From: Flavobacteriales bacterium
Lineage (GTDB): Bacteria; Bacteroidota; Bacteroidia; CAIKAF01
Length of the DNA stretch: 64,000 nt
Direction of reading: 5' to 3'
NCBI GenBank assembly: GCA_025451295.1
Contig: JANWKQ010000168.1
Coordinates: 911 to 64,910, forward strand
Position numbers and translations under genes: made by a program. A model generated the notes under the pieces. That model searched no databases and was not told where the DNA came from. It was given only the letters and a program-made list of their open reading frames with translations. This document shows, piece by piece, positions 40,458 through 49,026 of the stretch; the first letter of the stretch is position 1, and each line of letters opens with the position of its first letter.

Positions 40458-40790
40458 TTAGTCGTCATCGTGTTTGCAGCATTTTCCTTTGTGATTATCA
40501 TGATCGTTTTTACACTTATGCTTGTGTTTATCACAATGTTTATGCTTGTGTTTACAACAACTATCGTGGTTATGACCATGATTGGAGCAGTAATTATTAT
40601 TATTTGAATAGTTATCTGAACAGCATCCTGAATTGTTACTGTAAAAGATTCCTGTATTACTGTTAGGCGTGGTGCCTAAGGAGAGGGTGGAGCTGAAACC
40701 TCCAGCTACTGTAATAGAGATCTGGGCGGTAGAGGTTGTGCTGGTGAGCAACAACATACACATAGCGGCAAAAAGAACTTTGGTTTTCAT
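40458..40790 (-). CDS. small secreted His/Cys/Lys-rich protein (putative metal-binding)
   Basis: Signal peptide MKTK…TAQ. C-terminal CCSDN…CCKHKHKHCDKHKHKCKNDHDNHKGKCCKHDDD. TAnnTTTG-like promoter motif upstream. Confidence 0.5.
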   Translation of the reverse strand: MKTKVLFAAMCMLLLTSTTSTAQISITVAGGFSSTLSLGTTPNSNTGIFYSNNSGCCSDNYSNNNNYCSNHGHNHDSCCKHKHKHCDKHKHKCKNDHDNHKGKCCKHDDD

Positions 40791-40857
40791 AAATGCAAGC
40801 TTTTGAAAACTAAGTCAAATTATATGCCAAAGGAAACCTATTGTTCACAGAACCGAT

Positions 40858-42201
40858 TTAGGAATGGGATAATAGGTGTAGGATCTTTTCTTCCACTTCC
40901 ATGCTATTCCATTTTTCGGCCAGATTGGGCATTTTCATTACCTGGGCCATGATGGCGTTTTGATAATCCCCTTTTTGCAAAGCATACTCATATGAAAAAT
41001 CACTGAAGGTAACCATCGAGTACAGAGGTACCCATTTATCTGGATGCTTTTGATAGAACCAGCCTTCTATTTTTTTCTGAAGTAAAAAATCAGGGTCAGC
41101 AGTCAAATCACGCATTTCAATAAAATTTCGCAAGGCAAGTTCCGCTACCGAATCTGCATTGGGTTTTCTTGATTTTCCAAAGGCTTCGAAAAAATTCTCA
41201 AACTTATTGAGATGTTCATCCAACATCTGATCGAAAACAAAACAATCTTCAAATCCAGCATTCATGCCTTGTCCGTAAAAGGGAACCACGGCATGAGCTG
41301 CATCTCCCATAAGAACTACAGAATCCTTATAATGCCATGGATAGCAGCGAATGGTTTGAAGCGCAGAGGTTGGATGATTTAAAAATTGCTCCATGAAATC
41401 CGGAAGGTGAGGGATCACATCAGGGAAATAATATTGAAAGAACCCTAGAATATCCCGTTCTGTTTTTAAAGACTGAAAAGAAACTTTCCCTTCCCATCCT
41501 AAAAATAATGTACAGGTAAAACTTCCATCAATATTTGGCAGGGCGATCAGCATAAAATCTTCCCTTGGCCATATATGTAAGGTGTTTGGATCCATTTTAT
41601 GGGATCCGTCTTCATTCGCTTCGATATGAAGTTCTTTGTATCCATGATCGATATAGTCCTGCGAATAATCAAAACGTTCGTTGAACATGAGGCGATGTCG
41701 CACAGCGGAAAAAGCCCCATCTGTGCCGATGAGATGTTCGTAAACATGCGACATTTCTTCACCAGTTATATCATTTTTGAAGTACGCAGTTTTGTTTTCC
41801 AGATCGATGTTTGCACAACGGGCATCAAAATGCATGGTCGTCTGTTCGTATTTGTCGGCGATTTGCAATAAGGTTCTGTTGAGTTCTCCCCTCGATACGC
41901 TATAGATCGCTTCACCTTCTTTACCATAAGGTTGAAAGGTTAAATTCCCATGTATATCATGCATGGTCCTTTTATACATCGGGATCGCAATTTCACGGAT
42001 GGTTTCTTCAGCACCAACTTTCCGCAGGGCTTTCCATGCCCGGTTACTCACAGCCAGATTGATGGATCTTCCCTGATAAATATCAGCGTTCCGGATATCC
42101 GGTCTTCTTTCAAACAGATCAACCCTGAATCCGCGTTGTGCTAAAAAAACAGATTGTAAGGCTCCAACCAGTCCCCCGCCAACAATGGTAAAATTTTTCA
42201 T
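40858..42201 (-). CDS. kmo: kynurenine 3-monooxygenase (FAD-dependent)
   Basis: N-terminal FAD-binding GxGxxG (IVGGGLVGAL). KMO-length flavoprotein monooxygenase. The track start at 42276 is probably an over-extension. Confidence 0.8.
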   Translation of the reverse strand: MKNFTIVGGGLVGALQSVFLAQRGFRVDLFERRPDIRNADIYQGRSINLAVSNRAWKALRKVGAEETIREIAIPMYKRTMHDIHGNLTFQPYGKEGEAIYSVSRGELNRTLLQIADKYEQTTMHFDARCANIDLENKTAYFKNDITGEEMSHVYEHLIGTDGAFSAVRHRLMFNERFDYSQDYIDHGYKELHIEANEDGSHKMDPNTLHIWPREDFMLIALPNIDGSFTCTLFLGWEGKVSFQSLKTERDILGFFQYYFPDVIPHLPDFMEQFLNHPTSALQTIRCYPWHYKDSVVLMGDAAHAVVPFYGQGMNAGFEDCFVFDQMLDEHLNKFENFFEAFGKSRKPNADSVAELALRNFIEMRDLTADPDFLLQKKIEGWFYQKHPDKWVPLYSMVTFSDFSYEYALQKGDYQNAIMAQVMKMPNLAEKWNSMEVEEKILHLLSHS

Positions 42202-42297
42202 TTTTGTTCTTTCTGTTACAAATATAACAAGTCCGTAAACAAAAAAGCATCCTGACCAATGGTCAGGATGCCCCACTTTCAGAGTAGGTTGGTGTAC

Positions 42298-43728
42298 TTA
42301 CTCAGTGATCGCAAAAAACTCTACATCCGCGTAGCCATGGCTTCCGCTTGAAATAGGTTGTAGCGTATAGTTAATGTTTGATACAGAAAAAGTAGTCGAA
42401 GTAACATAACCATCCGCCGTAACCAATGTGGGTGCAACCACAGAAGAAACTGATACCGAAAGATCAGATAGGGTCCCGTTGGCAATATACCATTTTCCGT
42501 CGATCTGAGTATATTCCGACCAGGTTTCTCCCAATAGGATCAGTTGGCCATTGTACGAAAGAATTGCTTCTACTCGTTCTCCACATTTTTCATCCGACAC
42601 TTCACCCGTAAAGAAATTGTATTGGCTGATCAGATTACCATTTAAATCCATCTTAAGAAAACATCCGTCTCCCCATTGGCCGGTATCATATCCATCGAAG
42701 CTTCCTTTCCCACCAACATAGATCGTATTATTAATCACCCGTAAGCAGGAAATATTATTCCGGTCGTTGTTGAGACCCTGGAATTTTTTTGACCAAACCA
42801 GGTTACCACTATTATCTATCTTTAGAATTCCCATATAAGTGGATACACCTCTCAGATCAGCTCCAAGATAAAGATCGCCGGTGGCGTCTACTTCCATATC
42901 CGTTATACGGCCAGCCCATCCTACATCTACCTTTTTACACCAGTCCAGAGTGGCTCCACCAGAAGATAACTTCATCACAAATCCTGAATTATTACTTCCT
43001 GCCCATCCTGCGATATAAATATTATTTCCATCCGGTGAACGAACCACATAACCGCGATCATTATACCCAGGTGAAGGATCAATACCAACCGTTGTATTGG
43101 GATCAACAGTTCCATTGGAAGCATCCATAATAAGTAGAAAGACCATTCCTTCTTCAGAAGTTGTACCTGCACCTGTGCTTCCGGTAACAAAAACTTTTCC
43201 ACCGGCAACATCCAGGGAATAGGCCTTGGCACTGCTACTCGATACCGCCGAGCTGGTTGCCTTCCAGAATTTTTGCCAGATCACGGTTCCAGATCCACTC
43301 ATTTTGGTAATGAATACCTCGTTGTAACCTTGACTGGATGCTCCTGTGATGTATACATCTCCACTGGCATCCACCGCTACACATCTTGATCCACCACCAC
43401 CCTGCGAAATTCCATTTTCTCCCGGTGAAGGCATCCAATCTTGTGCTCCTCCATCAAAGGACTTTGACCACGAAACAGTTTTGGTATTGAAATTAACTTT
43501 AGTGAGAAAGATATTTCCCTGGTAACCATCAGGAAGTGTAGAACCGGTGAAATAAATATTTCCACTGTTGTCAATCACAGCTCCGGAAAAATCATCATCA
43601 TCTGGTGATCCCCAACATCCATTCCAGTCGGTTGTGAAATCTGCTTTGGTATGGTTACCTCCAAAAGGATCGCAGGAGGAAAATAAAATAGGGGCTAGAA
43701 AGCCCAACAAATGAATAATTTTTTTCAT
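42298..43728 (-). CDS. lipoprotein with SBBP-type beta-propeller repeats
   Basis: Lipobox LFSSC. Repeated D(A/N)(S/T)G(N/D)(I/L)Y(I/L)(T/A)G motifs. Confidence 0.55.
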   Translation of the reverse strand: MKKIIHLLGFLAPILFSSCDPFGGNHTKADFTTDWNGCWGSPDDDDFSGAVIDNSGNIYFTGSTLPDGYQGNIFLTKVNFNTKTVSWSKSFDGGAQDWMPSPGENGISQGGGGSRCVAVDASGDVYITGASSQGYNEVFITKMSGSGTVIWQKFWKATSSAVSSSSAKAYSLDVAGGKVFVTGSTGAGTTSEEGMVFLLIMDASNGTVDPNTTVGIDPSPGYNDRGYVVRSPDGNNIYIAGWAGSNNSGFVMKLSSGGATLDWCKKVDVGWAGRITDMEVDATGDLYLGADLRGVSTYMGILKIDNSGNLVWSKKFQGLNNDRNNISCLRVINNTIYVGGKGSFDGYDTGQWGDGCFLKMDLNGNLISQYNFFTGEVSDEKCGERVEAILSYNGQLILLGETWSEYTQIDGKWYIANGTLSDLSVSVSSVVAPTLVTADGYVTSTTFSVSNINYTLQPISSGSHGYADVEFFAITE

Positions 43729-43837
43729 AGTTGATTTTTTATGGAATAAATATACCCCACGAAGCCCTGTTAGGATGGACAATATTGGCACAATGCACAC
43801 AAAAAAGGGTGAATGACAGAAATACGAAGGTGAGATT

Positions 43838-44644
43838 TTAGACGGCTACATTGTATTCTCTCAATGCATCATTCAGGGATGTTTTGGTATCTGTACTTTC
43901 TTTTCTTTTTCCAATGATCAATGCACAGGGAACCTGAAAATCTCCGGCATTGAATTTTTTAGTATAACTTCCTGGGATCACCACGGATCTTTCTGGAACA
44001 TAACCTTTATACTCGATGGGCTCATTGCCACTTACGTCAATAATTTTTGTTGACATCGTGAGTACCACATTAGCGCCAAGTACGGCTTCTTTTCCAACCC
44101 TTACACCTTCAACAACAATACAACGTGAACCAATAAAAGCACTATCCTCGATGATCACAGGTGCAGCCTGAACGGGTTCCAGTACACCACCCAATCCAAC
44201 TCCGCCACTCAGGTGAACATGTTTTCCAACCTGTGCACAACTACCAACGGTGGCCCAGGTATCAACCATGGTGCCGGCATCTACATATGCCCCAATATTT
44301 ACAAATGATGGCATACAAATAACTCCGCTTGAAACGTATGATCCATAACGGATCACAGAACCGGGAACGGTTCGGATGCCAGATTTTTCCATGCCCGTTT
44401 TTAAAGGAATCTTGTCAAAATATTGTTCGGGACCCTCCTGCATGATCTTCATTGGCATAATAGGGAAATAGAGGATCACTGCCTTTTTTATCCATTCATT
44501 TACCTGCCATCCGTTAGCAACAGGTTCGGCCACGCGGATCTCGCCTTTATCCAAAAGTTCAATAACCTCTTTGATGGTTTTTTGTATGGAACTTTCTTTC
44601 AAAAGTTCACGGTTATTCCAGGCTTGTTCGATGATGTCTTTCAT
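43838..44644 (-). CDS. dapD: 2,3,4,5-tetrahydropyridine-2,6-dicarboxylate N-succinyltransferase
   Basis: Hexapeptide-repeat left-handed beta-helix. DapD-type N-terminus. Confidence 0.85.
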   Translation of the reverse strand: MKDIIEQAWNNRELLKESSIQKTIKEVIELLDKGEIRVAEPVANGWQVNEWIKKAVILYFPIMPMKIMQEGPEQYFDKIPLKTGMEKSGIRTVPGSVIRYGSYVSSGVICMPSFVNIGAYVDAGTMVDTWATVGSCAQVGKHVHLSGGVGLGGVLEPVQAAPVIIEDSAFIGSRCIVVEGVRVGKEAVLGANVVLTMSTKIIDVSGNEPIEYKGYVPERSVVIPGSYTKKFNAGDFQVPCALIIGKRKESTDTKTSLNDALREYNVAV

Positions 44645-44684
44645 GAATATATATATTCCTCCGTCGCAGCAGAGTGGCTCAAAG

Positions 44685-46094
44685 TTAATTTTTCAATTCT
44701 AATAAAGCAACATTCTCCACATGATGGGTATGTGGAAACATATCCACGGGTTGAGACCTGATCACATCGTATTTTTCGACTAATATGGCTATATCTCTTG
44801 CCTGTGTTGCAGGATTACAACTTACATAGACGATTCGTTTCGGTGCTATTTCCAGGATTTTTTTTACCACATCTTCATGCATCCCTGCTCTGGGTGGATC
44901 AGTAATGATTACGTCGGGTTTGCCATGTGTCTGTATAAATTCATCATTTAACACATCCTTCATATCACCCGCATAAAAATCGGTATTGGTAATTCCGTTG
45001 AGGTCTGCATTGATCTTTGCATCCTTGATCGCATCTTCTACGTATTCTATACCTACTACCTTTTTTGTCTTATCAGCCAGATAACAGGCAATCGATCCGG
45101 TTCCGGTATAGAGATCGTACACCAATTCGTTACCCGTTAACCGGGCAAAGTCTTTGGTGATTGAATAAAGTTCAATGGCCTGTTTGGTATTTGTTTGAAA
45201 AAATGATTTGGGGCCGATCTTGAATTGTAAATGTCCGAATTCTTCAACAATATGATCCTTTCCCTTAAACACTTCTATTGGGAGATCTCCATAGGTGTCG
45301 TTTTTCTTTTGGTTGATGACATATAAAAGTGAATCGATGAAAGGAGAGGTCGTTGAGATATATTCCATCAGGTTTCTAAGTTGATCATTCAACTGTTCCC
45401 CAAAAATAACCAGGACCATCCATTCACCTTTTTTAGTTACCCGGATCATGATATTTCGCAAAGCTCCGGAAAACTCATGAACATTAAAAAAACTTATGGA
45501 ATTGCTGAGTGCATATTTTTTTACGGCATTCCTGATCTCATTGTGTACATCATTCATGAGATGACAGGTCTGGATGTCCAGAATTTTATCAAACTTTCCC
45601 GGGATATGAAAACCCAATGCCTCCGGATCCTTCATTTCTTCTCCGCTTTGTATTTCTTCTGTAGTAAGCCAGCGTTTGAAGGAAAAAGTATATTCCAGTT
45701 TGTTTCTGTAATGATATTCATTGACAGATCCTTTGATCGGCAAAAATTCCTGGATGTCAAATTTACCGATCCTGCTAAGTTGATCTTTTACCTGTTGTTC
45801 CTTAAATTTCAATTGTTCTGGATAAGGCATGTGTTGCCATTTACATCCTCCGCAAACCCCAAAATGCTGGCAGACAGGTTCCGATCTGAGCACCGATTTT
45901 TTTAAAAATTGCACCACCGTTCCTTCGGCATGATTCCGACGGTCTTTACCGAGTCTCACGTTTACAACATCGCCCGGGGCTGTGTATGGCACAAAGATCA
46001 CCTTGCCTTCATGTTTGCCAATCGATTTTCCTTCAGCCGCTACTTCGATGATCTCCAGATCTTCGATTATTTTTTCTTTCTTTTTCTTAGCCAC
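44685..46094 (-). CDS. rlmD: 23S rRNA (uracil-C5)-methyltransferase RlmD
   Basis: TRAM domain. 4Fe-4S Cys cluster (CQHFGVCGGCKWQH). SAM-MTase motifs. Confidence 0.85.
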   Translation of the reverse strand: MAKKKKEKIIEDLEIIEVAAEGKSIGKHEGKVIFVPYTAPGDVVNVRLGKDRRNHAEGTVVQFLKKSVLRSEPVCQHFGVCGGCKWQHMPYPEQLKFKEQQVKDQLSRIGKFDIQEFLPIKGSVNEYHYRNKLEYTFSFKRWLTTEEIQSGEEMKDPEALGFHIPGKFDKILDIQTCHLMNDVHNEIRNAVKKYALSNSISFFNVHEFSGALRNIMIRVTKKGEWMVLVIFGEQLNDQLRNLMEYISTTSPFIDSLLYVINQKKNDTYGDLPIEVFKGKDHIVEEFGHLQFKIGPKSFFQTNTKQAIELYSITKDFARLTGNELVYDLYTGTGSIACYLADKTKKVVGIEYVEDAIKDAKINADLNGITNTDFYAGDMKDVLNDEFIQTHGKPDVIITDPPRAGMHEDVVKKILEIAPKRIVYVSCNPATQARDIAILVEKYDVIRSQPVDMFPHTHHVENVALLELKN

Positions 46095-46238
46095 AGGGAC
46101 AAAGATAACAATCTGAGCGGTCGCCTACAGTACACGGGTTTATTTCCCCAAAGAAAAACCCCTCACAACAAATGCTGCAAAGGGTTATCTATGATGAAAG
46201 CAAGATCTGGTTAAGGCATGGGTGCCATGTTCACAAAA

Positions 46239-46670
46239 TCAAAAAGCGGAAACCCATTTTTTATTTGCTTCATCATACCTAAAGAAATTATCCACGGTTT
46301 TAAAGGCGTTTACCACGGCCTCCTTTTTGTTTTCGGGTGTTAGCTTTGGCTGATACATGTTCTGATTGTTCATTTTGGCAGATGCGACCGTATAACCAAC
46401 CGTGCTAACACCGGAACTTACTACCGCTCCACCGATGCCTCCAAATATTCCTCCAAATACACGGGCAATTCCCCGAATGAGGCTGTATATGATCCCCTGC
46501 TTTACGCTCGATTTAACTGCCGTTTGTACAATCTGGTTTTGATCCATGGTTACTTGTCCAAATGCCTGTATCGGGTCTTTGCCATCAACCTGGAAGGTAC
46601 AACGTACCATATGGGTTTCCCAGGTTTCCTGTTTAAGGATTGGTTGAATGTTTTCATACGTAATTTCCAT
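46239..46670 (-). CDS. hypothetical protein with glycine-zipper TM segment
   Basis: GGIFGGIGGAVVSSGVS motif. Start chosen at the internal Met to avoid overlapping the upstream gene. Confidence 0.4.
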   Translation of the reverse strand: MEITYENIQPILKQETWETHMVRCTFQVDGKDPIQAFGQVTMDQNQIVQTAVKSSVKQGIIYSLIRGIARVFGGIFGGIGGAVVSSGVSTVGYTVASAKMNNQNMYQPKLTPENKKEAVVNAFKTVDNFFRYDEANKKWVSAF

Positions 46671-46699
46671 AAGTATATATTTTAAATGTGAACAGTTTT

Positions 46700-48286
46700 T
46701 TATTTTTTGATACATTCCTCTGAGAACCATACAGAGCTATCATATTCTCCCCATCTTTGAAACATGGTAGAGGCATAACCTGATCCACCACTACTTGTAT
46801 TTTGTTGTGAGAAAAGAATATCAATTTCAAAACATAAATTGGTCTTGGTGTTTTGAATGATACCCTTTCCATTGATGGTTCTGCTAAGGATCACGCCCCA
46901 GAAATTTCGTTGATAGGTCCAGTCGTTATCAAGAACAACCACTTTCAGCACTTTTTCATCAGCCCTTTTACTGTTGTCGATCATGCTAAATGCATCTGGA
47001 ACAAGTTGTGTATGGTTATTTACCCAGGAGAACTTGGGACATAACTTTTTCAATAAATTGGTTTTATCCGCTTCGGTTACGTTGAGTTCAAATTCACCAG
47101 TAGCAATTTCCTTTACTTCGCTGATGCTGGCATTCCATGTATTTAGATAATCAATGCTCATCACTGCTTTGAACTTATGTTTTCCGGCGCTTGCTTTTAC
47201 CAAAGCTTTAGCGAAATTGTAAACTGCGGCCATATTGGTCTCGGTTACCTCCATCGGAGCTACACCAATTTCCCATGAAGTTCTTGATTTGGCAGTTTCG
47301 TCCAGAAGGTCAGTTGATAACGTCGTTATATATTTTCCATCGAGATAATAAGCGACATCGTAACTCGTAATCGTTCCTGCAACACCAAGATCGGCTGACA
47401 TGTTGTGAATAGACTGTGGCAAATAAACCCTTGAATAGATCCCTTCAGACAATCCACCAAAAGAAGTTTTAAATGAAGAGGAAGCAGCATTGTCTCCGAT
47501 CACCGCATTCGAGAAGACGATCTTATTCAGATTTTGTTTATGAGCATCTCCTTTAATTCCATTGTCACCCGTCTTTTTGAATTTTTCATTGATCACCTCA
47601 CCAAAATTGGTGAGCATGTCTTTTCTGTAAGTATCGATCTGATCGTTCTCAACCTTTAAAGAAAACTCACCGGAGCTGAATGTTTTGCCCGATTTAAATA
47701 CCTGTTTACTAAGTTCACTGTCCCATTCTTCTTTTCCGGATTCCAACGAGACTTTCATCTTATAGGTTCCTTCAGAAATTTTACCACTTAAAGTGATAAA
47801 CATGTCCCTGAATAAACCCTCAATAAAATAGGTCATGATCGACATTTTACGATCAGTTAAGGTGGCTTCCGTTAATCCTTTGATATCTTTAAAAGAAGCA
47901 GAAGTAGCCAATATGTTCAGATCGAGACTATAAGTTTCGGCAAAATAAATGGCGAGTACTTCATCTTCTGCTTTAAAGTCCTGATATGCTAATGTAAGTC
48001 CATTACAGGTAACCGATGCACGAATATGTTCGTCTGACGGAATTTGGCCGGTTGGTTTTTCGGTAAACATAAACTGCACATATACAGGCTCGCCCAGCGA
48101 AAAACTGGTCACAGGATTCGTGCCCGCCATTTCATTGTAGAATTTGGCTGTATTACTTGAAGGGGCTTCATAAACAGCATCAGAAGTATTTTGGGCAAAC
48201 AGGCTGCTACCAATAATACAAGCAAACAGGATTGAAGTCGATCGTAATTGTGCGATTCTTTTCATAGTGTTGATTGATTTTTTCAT
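46700..48286 (-). CDS. hypothetical secreted protein (528 aa)
   Basis: Signal peptide. No recognisable domain. Confidence 0.5.
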   Translation of the reverse strand: MKKSINTMKRIAQLRSTSILFACIIGSSLFAQNTSDAVYEAPSSNTAKFYNEMAGTNPVTSFSLGEPVYVQFMFTEKPTGQIPSDEHIRASVTCNGLTLAYQDFKAEDEVLAIYFAETYSLDLNILATSASFKDIKGLTEATLTDRKMSIMTYFIEGLFRDMFITLSGKISEGTYKMKVSLESGKEEWDSELSKQVFKSGKTFSSGEFSLKVENDQIDTYRKDMLTNFGEVINEKFKKTGDNGIKGDAHKQNLNKIVFSNAVIGDNAASSSFKTSFGGLSEGIYSRVYLPQSIHNMSADLGVAGTITSYDVAYYLDGKYITTLSTDLLDETAKSRTSWEIGVAPMEVTETNMAAVYNFAKALVKASAGKHKFKAVMSIDYLNTWNASISEVKEIATGEFELNVTEADKTNLLKKLCPKFSWVNNHTQLVPDAFSMIDNSKRADEKVLKVVVLDNDWTYQRNFWGVILSRTINGKGIIQNTKTNLCFEIDILFSQQNTSSGGSGYASTMFQRWGEYDSSVWFSEECIKK

Positions 48287-48565
48287 GCTTTCAATTTTTA
48301 TTATGTGGTAAAACTAACGTGTGATTCCATGAATAGTCCGTGATATATGGTTGTTGGTAGGTTTGAATAGGGTAAATGGCCGCTTTTCAAAGGTGAATGA
48401 ATTTGGCTACTTCTGTGGTAATTTTCATGTGACTCAGAACGGTTTTATCCGTCGCCTTAAAAAAGATGCCATTCATCATTTTATTCATACCATTCACCCT
48501 TATTCGAAAAAGCTTCATGAACAATGATGGTAATATTGTTTCTATAAACTTTAAAAGTCTAGCTC

Positions 48566-48931
48566 ATGAAAAAAGTATTCGTATTTCTTTTTGTTTTTTC
48601 TGCCTTTCAAATGATGGGGTTTTCCCAGATCAAAGGAGACAAGGTGGAGGTCTTGTGGAATAGTAAATGGTATCCTTCAACCGTACTTGAAGTGAAAGGT
48701 TCTACATGGAAGATCCATTATGATGGATATGGTGACACATTTGATGAATGGGTTGACCAGGATAGAATAAGAACAACTTATAAAAAAGGTGATAAAATCC
48801 AGGTTTCGTCGAGTTCAGTCTGGTACAAGGCCACAATACTTGAGGTGAGTGGAAGTAAATACAAGATCCATTATGATGGTTGGGCGGATAGTTGGGATGA
48901 ATGGGTTACCACGGACAGAATGAAAAAATAA
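48566..48931 (+). CDS. secreted protein with two tandem Tudor-like domains
   Basis: Signal peptide. Two repeats GDK(V/I).V.W….WY.(S/A)T(V/I)LEV.GS.(W/Y)KIHYDG(Y/W).D..DEWV..DR. Confidence 0.5.
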   Translation: MKKVFVFLFVFSAFQMMGFSQIKGDKVEVLWNSKWYPSTVLEVKGSTWKIHYDGYGDTFDEWVDQDRIRTTYKKGDKIQVSSSSVWYKATILEVSGSKYKIHYDGWADSWDEWVTTDRMKK

Positions 48932-48940
48932 AAAATAAAA

Positions 48941-48968
48941 ACACCTCAAAGAGGTGTTTTTTTTATCT
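48941..48968 (+). terminator. Rho-independent terminator
   Basis: acacctc aaa gaggtgt hairpin followed by T8. Confidence 0.6.
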
Positions 48969-49026
48969 CTTTCCTAATAATTGCTGGTTGTACAAAAAAA
49001 ACTACTTTTAATGCACCAAACGAACG

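Noticed and set aside
40158-40666. Plus-strand ORFs (149 aa, 70 aa) with poly-hydrophobic or Tyr/Cys-rich translations
   Set aside because: They are antisense shadows of the basic and His/Cys-rich protein genes. The minus-strand genes have signal peptides, a promoter motif and terminators.
42202-42276. 25-codon N-terminal extension of kmo in the ORF track (MGHPDHWSG…)
   Set aside because: The canonical FAD-binding N-terminus begins at the internal MKNFTIVGGG. The extension is not conserved-looking and would overlap the upstream gene's region.
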